Positions 58,854-64,000 of a stretch of DNA of 64,000 nt are shown here, in pieces. The stretch spans positions 2,368,001 to 2,432,000 of the forward strand of contig CAVTRN010000002.1 in the NCBI GenBank assembly GCA_963737155.1, given 5' to 3'. The first letter of the stretch is position 1. Every line of letters begins with the position of its first letter. The DNA is from Nitrospirota bacterium. Lineage in GTDB: Bacteria > Nitrospirota > UBA9217. The translations under genes and the position numbers were made by a program. The notes under the pieces are model-generated. The model ran no database searches. It was not told where the DNA came from and saw nothing but the letters and a program-made list of their open reading frames with translations.

Positions 58854-61529
58854 TCAACCACCTGCTTTTTTCTTGAGTTCATGCAATTTGTTCATGGCTT
58901 CCAGCGGTGTCATGCTATTCAGGTTCAAGTCCTGCAGTTCCTTGAACAGGAGCCCCGCCTCGCTCGCGAAAAGGCCCAACTGCGGTTCAAACGTGGCTGC
59001 TTCATCGGTCTGGTTTGCTCTTATCTTTTGCCTGTCCTGCCTCTCCGTGTCTCCCCTTTCCGCTCCAAGTTTGGGAGCGGCCACGGGCTCGCCCAATTCA
59101 TTGAATTCAGCTTTTTCCAGGTTTGCGAGCACTTCTTTGGCACGCAGAATTACTGCTTGCGGAAGTCCTGCAAGCCGGGCCACCTGGATTCCGTAGGATT
59201 TATCCGCACCGCCTTCCACGACTCGCCGAAGAAATATGATCTGGTCATTCCATTCCTTTATGGCCACGGTGTAATTCTTGACGCGGTCCATGGTAAGCGT
59301 AAGTTCGGTCAACTCGTGGTAATGGGTGGCGAATAGAGTACGCGATCTGAGTGACATGTGGATATATTCCGCCACGGCCCAGGCGATGCTGATTCCGTCG
59401 AATGTGCTGGTACCCCTTCCGATCTCATCAAGGATAATAAGACTCTTGTCAGTGGCGTTGTTCAGAATGTTGGCAGTTTCAGTCATTTCCACCATGAATG
59501 TGCTCTGTCCGCGTGTGATGAAATCAGAGGCGCCTACTCGCGTGAAAATTCGGTCTATCAGTCCGATCTGGGCTTCCCGCGCCGGGACGAAGCTTCCCAT
59601 CTGCGCCATGATTGCAATAACGGCAACCTGGCGCATGTAGGTTGATTTGCCCGCCATGTTCGGACCGGTGAGAATAATCAGCTGATTTTCCTCGCAGTCG
59701 AGGATCGTGTCATTCGGGATAAACCGCTCATCAGCGGTGAGCTGTTCAAGGACCGGGTGCCTTCCCTCAACAATCTTCAACCCATCGCCATCGAGGATCA
59801 TGGGCCTCGTATAATTGTTCTTTGCCGCCGACTCGGACAGCGACGCCAGGCTATCGAGGATCGCCAGCCGACGGGCCATGTCCTGCACACGCACGGTCCA
59901 AGCCCCTAATTGTTCCCTCACTTGCTGAAAAAGTTTGAATTCCATTTCGAGGATTTTTTCTTCAGCTCCAAGCACCTTGTCCTCGTATTCCTTCAGCTCC
60001 GGAGTGATGAACCGTTCCGCATTGGTTAGCGTCTGTTTGCGGATGAAATCAGGCGGTATGTTGGAGAGATTCGTCTTCGTCACTTCGATATAGTATCCGA
60101 AGACCTTGTTGTAGCTTACTTTCAGCGAGCTGATGCGCGTTCGCTCCCGCTCACGCTTTTCGATGCCCGCGATCCATCCCTTTCCCTCAGAGCTGATGAA
60201 CCGCAGATCATCGAGCTCCGCGTCAAACCCTTTTTTAATCAATCTGCCTTCCCGAAAGGTATAGGGAGGATCGTCCGCGATGGCCTTCTCGATGAGCTCT
60301 GATGCGTCCTGAAGATCATCCCAGCCGTTTACCAGATCGTAGATCATTTTTGATCCCAAATCGGCGATCAACGCCCGGAGATTCGGCAGTGCGTCAAAGG
60401 ACCGCTTCAAGGCAAGTAGGTCCCTCGCGTTCGCGACGCCGAGTGACACCCTGCTGATAAGCCGCTCGAGATCATAAACTTCTCCAAGGGCTGTCCTCAA
60501 ATTGGTTCGAACCTGGTGACCGTTCTTCAGTTCACTGATGACGTCGAGACGCCGTTCGATTTCACCTGCATCCATAAGCGGGTTCAGCAGCCATTCACGC
60601 AGTTTTCTTCCACCCATGGATGTGACCGTAAAATCCAGTATTGCAAGAAGAGTTCCTCTCGACGAGCCGTCATATATATTCCTGATCAATTCGAGATTCC
60701 GCTGGCATGACGCGTCCAGCACCATATATTCCCGCAACCGAAAGGGCTTTACCTGCCTGAGGTTCGCGAGTCCGGTTTTCTGTGTTTCCTCCATGTATCG
60801 GAGCGCCGCTCCGGCAGAAGAGATACCCATTTTCATATCAGTGACACCGAACCCCTCAAGCGATACGGTCTTAAAATGATCCAGCAGCGTGCGGTAAGCG
60901 GTTTCATAATCAAAGGTCCAGTCGTCAAAGCCATTGACCGCCTGGGTATACTGACGCAACAGTGCCAACAAACCCCGTTCGGCCTGATAACCCCGAGGAT
61001 ACACGATTTCCCGCGGCGTAAAACGCGCAAGCACGTTGTCTAACTCCGCAAGATTGCCGGCGCCGCGGATTTCGGCAAGGAAGAACTCGCCCGTTGAAAT
61101 ATCAAGAAACGAAAGTCCGAATCCGTCCTTGGCCGGATAAAGAGAGGCGAGATAATTGTTGTCCTTTGCATCGAGAAGGTTTGAGTCCAGCACCGTTCCC
61201 GGCGTCACGATCCGGATGACTTCCCGCTTTACGATACCTTTCGCGAGTTTGGGGTCCTCCACCTGCTCGCAGACGGCGACTTTGAAACCGCGCCGGATCA
61301 GCTTGGCGATGTAGCCTTCCGCCGCGTGATAGGGAAACCCGCAGAGCGGCGTCTCGATGCCCTTGGATTTGTTCCGCGCTGTGAGCGTGATCTCAAGGAC
61401 TTTTGCTGCCGTCACTGCGTCCTCGTCGAACATCTCGTAAAAATCGCCCATGCGGAACAGCAGGATCGCATCCAGATGCCTGTGCTTGATCTCGCGATAT
61501 TGCTTCATTAAGGGAGTTAAGTCGGACAT
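58854..61529 (-). CDS. mutS: DNA mismatch repair protein MutS
   Basis: TPLMKQY, FRMGDFYE, TGPNMAGKST, STFMVEM, DEIGRGTST, SYGIQVA. Start MSDLTP. Confidence 0.98.
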   Translation of the reverse strand: MSDLTPLMKQYREIKHRHLDAILLFRMGDFYEMFDEDAVTAAKVLEITLTARNKSKGIETPLCGFPYHAAEGYIAKLIRRGFKVAVCEQVEDPKLAKGIVKREVIRIVTPGTVLDSNLLDAKDNNYLASLYPAKDGFGLSFLDISTGEFFLAEIRGAGNLAELDNVLARFTPREIVYPRGYQAERGLLALLRQYTQAVNGFDDWTFDYETAYRTLLDHFKTVSLEGFGVTDMKMGISSAGAALRYMEETQKTGLANLRQVKPFRLREYMVLDASCQRNLELIRNIYDGSSRGTLLAILDFTVTSMGGRKLREWLLNPLMDAGEIERRLDVISELKNGHQVRTNLRTALGEVYDLERLISRVSLGVANARDLLALKRSFDALPNLRALIADLGSKMIYDLVNGWDDLQDASELIEKAIADDPPYTFREGRLIKKGFDAELDDLRFISSEGKGWIAGIEKRERERTRISSLKVSYNKVFGYYIEVTKTNLSNIPPDFIRKQTLTNAERFITPELKEYEDKVLGAEEKILEMEFKLFQQVREQLGAWTVRVQDMARRLAILDSLASLSESAAKNNYTRPMILDGDGLKIVEGRHPVLEQLTADERFIPNDTILDCEENQLIILTGPNMAGKSTYMRQVAVIAIMAQMGSFVPAREAQIGLIDRIFTRVGASDFITRGQSTFMVEMTETANILNNATDKSLIILDEIGRGTSTFDGISIAWAVAEYIHMSLRSRTLFATHYHELTELTLTMDRVKNYTVAIKEWNDQIIFLRRVVEGGADKSYGIQVARLAGLPQAVILRAKEVLANLEKAEFNELGEPVAAPKLGAERGDTERQDRQKIRANQTDEAATFEPQLGLFASEAGLLFKELQDLNLNSMTPLEAMNKLHELKKKAGG

Positions 61530-61632
61530 AAGAAAAAAGAAGACGGAAAACCGACGCCAGACGACAGACACGCGAGAAATCCCCTTGTACCTCGGTCCGG
61601 CACCCGACATCGGGATTCCGACTGTCTGAGCA

Positions 61633-62385
61633 TCATCCTTTCGTCAGTATCCCAAGCTTCTTCATTACCTGCTGAACGTCCTCCCACACAAGTTTTTTGC
61701 CGCTGGGATTTCTCAGAAGATAGGCAGGGTGAAATGTCGGCATAAGCGGTATGCCTTGATAGCTTTGCCATTTGCCGCGTAGCGCGGTTATCCCCTCAGA
61801 GGTTCTAAGCAGGGTTTTAACGGCCGTGTTCCCGAGGGCCACGATAACAGCGGGGTTGATTGCCGCTAGCTGCTTTTTAAGAAAGGGTTCACAGGCCTCG
61901 ATCTCATCGGGTTCAGGATTCCTGTTGCCCGGAGGCCTGCACTTCACAATATTGCAAATGAAGACGTCCTCGCGTTTGATCTTCATGCCCTTGACGATGA
62001 TGTCCGTCAGAAGTTGCCCGGCGGCACCAACAAAAGGCCTGCCCTGCAGGTCTTCCTCCTGGCCCGGACCTTCCCCGACAAAAACCAGAACCGCATTCGG
62101 GTTCCCCTCGCCAAAAACAATGTTCGTTCTACCGCCGTATAGTTTGCACCGCGTGCAATCGCCAAGCTCCTCACGAATTGCTGAGAGTCCGGAGGGCGTC
62201 AACGATGGCTTCGAAATCGCTGGCTCGATTACTTTTCCCGCCGAAGCCAGAGGCACAGGAGACGCGCTGCCGATGCTGTGAGAAGATACGACTTCGATCA
62301 TGCGGACCCCGAGCGCTTTTTGATACTCGAGGTGTGTTCTGACTTGCGAAACGATATCCAGTAATTCACGCCAAATTTCAGTCAT
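61633..62385 (-). CDS. Uracil-DNA glycosylase family 4
   Basis: CTRCKL, VGEGPG..ED..GRPFVG, NIVKCRPPGNR, TFHPAYLLR. Confidence 0.94.
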   Translation of the reverse strand: MTEIWRELLDIVSQVRTHLEYQKALGVRMIEVVSSHSIGSASPVPLASAGKVIEPAISKPSLTPSGLSAIREELGDCTRCKLYGGRTNIVFGEGNPNAVLVFVGEGPGQEEDLQGRPFVGAAGQLLTDIIVKGMKIKREDVFICNIVKCRPPGNRNPEPDEIEACEPFLKKQLAAINPAVIVALGNTAVKTLLRTSEGITALRGKWQSYQGIPLMPTFHPAYLLRNPSGKKLVWEDVQQVMKKLGILTKG

Positions 62386-62426
62386 TTTCTTACCGTAAAG
62401 TTGAAATTTGCACTCCGACCTTTCAC

Positions 62427-63278
62427 TCAATTACCCCACTTGAGCTTCGTCCGTAGAATTTCGTAATAGCTTTTCGAAGGATGCTTGATCAGCTTCATTT
62501 TAGATCGCGATTTTCTGATCTCCACGATATCGTTCGGAATGAGAGGAAACCCTATCTGACCATCAAGCGTCAACGATACGTCTTCGCTTAGTGAAGTAAG
62601 ACATACCGTTACGACAACGGTATCGGGCAGTGCAATCGGCCTATTCGAGAGCGTGTGAGGACAAATCGGCGTTACCACGAAGCAATGAAGCGTAGGATGA
62701 ATGATAGGGCCTCCCGCAGAAAGCGAATATGCCGTCGATCCAGTCGGTGTCGCGACGATCAGTCCGTCCGCTCTGAGCGTTGTCAAGTGTCCGGTACCTA
62801 CTGATATTTTGAGCTCCATCATGCGTGCGAGCGCGCCTTTGTTGATCACTGCGTCGTTTAGCACTCGATACTGCGCCAACCGCTTTTCATCACGGATAAC
62901 CGCTGCGGAAAGCATCATCCGGTCCTCGGTCTCCAGTTTGCCCACAATGGCTTTTTCAAGATTGTCATAGAGTTCGTCGAGTGATACCTCAGCCATAAAG
63001 CCCAGGCTGCCGAGGTTAACTCCGAAAATCGGTACGTCCGTATGGGCATCTGCCACGTGTCTTGCAGCTGACAGGAGCGTGCCGTCCCCTCCGAGAATGA
63101 TCAGCATTTCAACGAGCTTGGGAATCTCTTCTTCTCCATATCCCTGAGCTTTGATGGCCGCGGCGGTTCCGTTATCAACATACACCTTCTTGCCGCGCGA
63201 CTCGAGCCATAAGGTCAGCTTTTTTGCCGCTTTCTGCGCTGCAGGAATATCTTTTGCAATGATACCGATCTTCTTCAT
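62427..63278 (-). CDS. nadK: NAD kinase
   Basis: LGGDGT, VNLGSLGF, LND, ADGLIVATPTGSTAYSLSAGGP. Confidence 0.96.
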   Translation of the reverse strand: MKKIGIIAKDIPAAQKAAKKLTLWLESRGKKVYVDNGTAAAIKAQGYGEEEIPKLVEMLIILGGDGTLLSAARHVADAHTDVPIFGVNLGSLGFMAEVSLDELYDNLEKAIVGKLETEDRMMLSAAVIRDEKRLAQYRVLNDAVINKGALARMMELKISVGTGHLTTLRADGLIVATPTGSTAYSLSAGGPIIHPTLHCFVVTPICPHTLSNRPIALPDTVVVTVCLTSLSEDVSLTLDGQIGFPLIPNDIVEIRKSRSKMKLIKHPSKSYYEILRTKLKWGN

Positions 63279-63315
63279 ACCGTTCCACCGATCACAATTT
63301 ACCGCTCTTGGTTCA

Positions 63316-63828
63316 TTAAAACGAACTGATCATGGGACCAGGAGCCCCTTTTTCCTTTTGTGTTTCCAGAGTTCGTTTAAGATCATCCAGAACCTTTTTA
63401 TATCGTTTTCCCTCCGAAAGAAATCCTATTTCCCGACTATGTTCATCAACATAAGACAGATAGACGCTCAGGCACTCTTGCGGAAGCTCATCGTCGGCAC
63501 GTTCAGCCCATTCTATCACGGTAACACCATCAGTATCGAGATATTGTGCAAAACCGATATTTTCCAGCTCTTCGGCACCCTTAAGACGGTAGAGATCGAT
63601 GTGATAAAAAGGCACCCTTCCTTTGTACTCGTTCACAAAGGTAAATGTAGGGCTTGTAATGTACTTCGTCTCCACGTCAAGGCCTTGGGCGATCCCATAA
63701 GAAAAACTTGTTTTACCGGCTCCAAGATCTCCATAGAGGCAAACGGTATCCCCGGCATCGAGCAGTTCCCCGAGCATCTCGCCGATCCGCCAGGTCTGTT
63801 CCTGGTCCGAAGTGATCACGCTAAACAT
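63316..63828 (-). CDS. tsaE: tRNA threonylcarbamoyladenosine biosynthesis ATPase
   Basis: LYGDLGAGKT, ITSPTF, YHIDLYRL, VIEWAE. Start MFSVIT at 63828. Confidence 0.95.
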   Translation of the reverse strand: MFSVITSDQEQTWRIGEMLGELLDAGDTVCLYGDLGAGKTSFSYGIAQGLDVETKYITSPTFTFVNEYKGRVPFYHIDLYRLKGAEELENIGFAQYLDTDGVTVIEWAERADDELPQECLSVYLSYVDEHSREIGFLSEGKRYKKVLDDLKRTLETQKEKGAPGPMISSF

Positions 63829-63831
63829 TAC

Positions 63832-64000
63832 CAAATACCTCAGCTGAACCCCCCTGGTTTCGACTAGTGGGGGTGAATGCGGGATCTTTAATGTTACTAA
63901 ACATTTATTCACTTCCATGATATACTTAAGGTAACAATGTAGCAAATCTTCAATTGTATCTTTCATCCACGGTTTCAATTCATAACGACTCCTAAAGACA
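63832..64000 (+). mobile_element. Left end of a third IS200/IS605-derived element (runs off the window edge)
   Basis: Follows TTAC (63828-63831). CCCCCTGGTTTCGACTAGTGGGGGTGAATGCGGGATCTT parallels the left ends at 5885 and 14490. Confidence 0.65.

Overview
A ~50% GC bacterial chromosomal segment whose gene content and style suggest an anaerobic Nitrospirota/Desulfobacterota-like organism (inference). Most genes are on the minus strand. It contains a partial DHH-family gene (probably a DHH/CBS tRNA nucleotidyltransferase), xerD, a heme-motif histidine kinase with a sigma54 response regulator, and a PyrR-attenuated operon (pyrR-pyrB-pyrC-carA-radical SAM-carB-greA-pyrK-pyrD). It continues with glgC and mscS, a NikR-controlled nickel ECF uptake cluster with clear operators, fdhD, glgP, a PAS kinase/HD-GYP pair, eno, pgm, hisS, a type IV pilus minor-pilin/PilY1 cluster, amrB, dnaB, rplI, mutS, udg, nadK and tsaE. 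Several features are missed by the ORF track: (1) a probable stand-alone ~170-nt structured ncRNA at 42933-43101 with its own promoter, terminator, possible pseudoknot and C-rich loop; (2) an intact TnpB-only IS605-type element inserted into the right-end hairpin of a family of non-autonomous IS200/IS605-derived elements, so its predicted guide is another mobile element's end; (3) two further structured leaders upstream of amrB and dnaB; (4) several apparently leaderless genes; (5) a sigma54-driven small zinc-ribbon gene; (6) several decayed or frameshifted genes. All RNA structures were folded by eye and no database searches were run.
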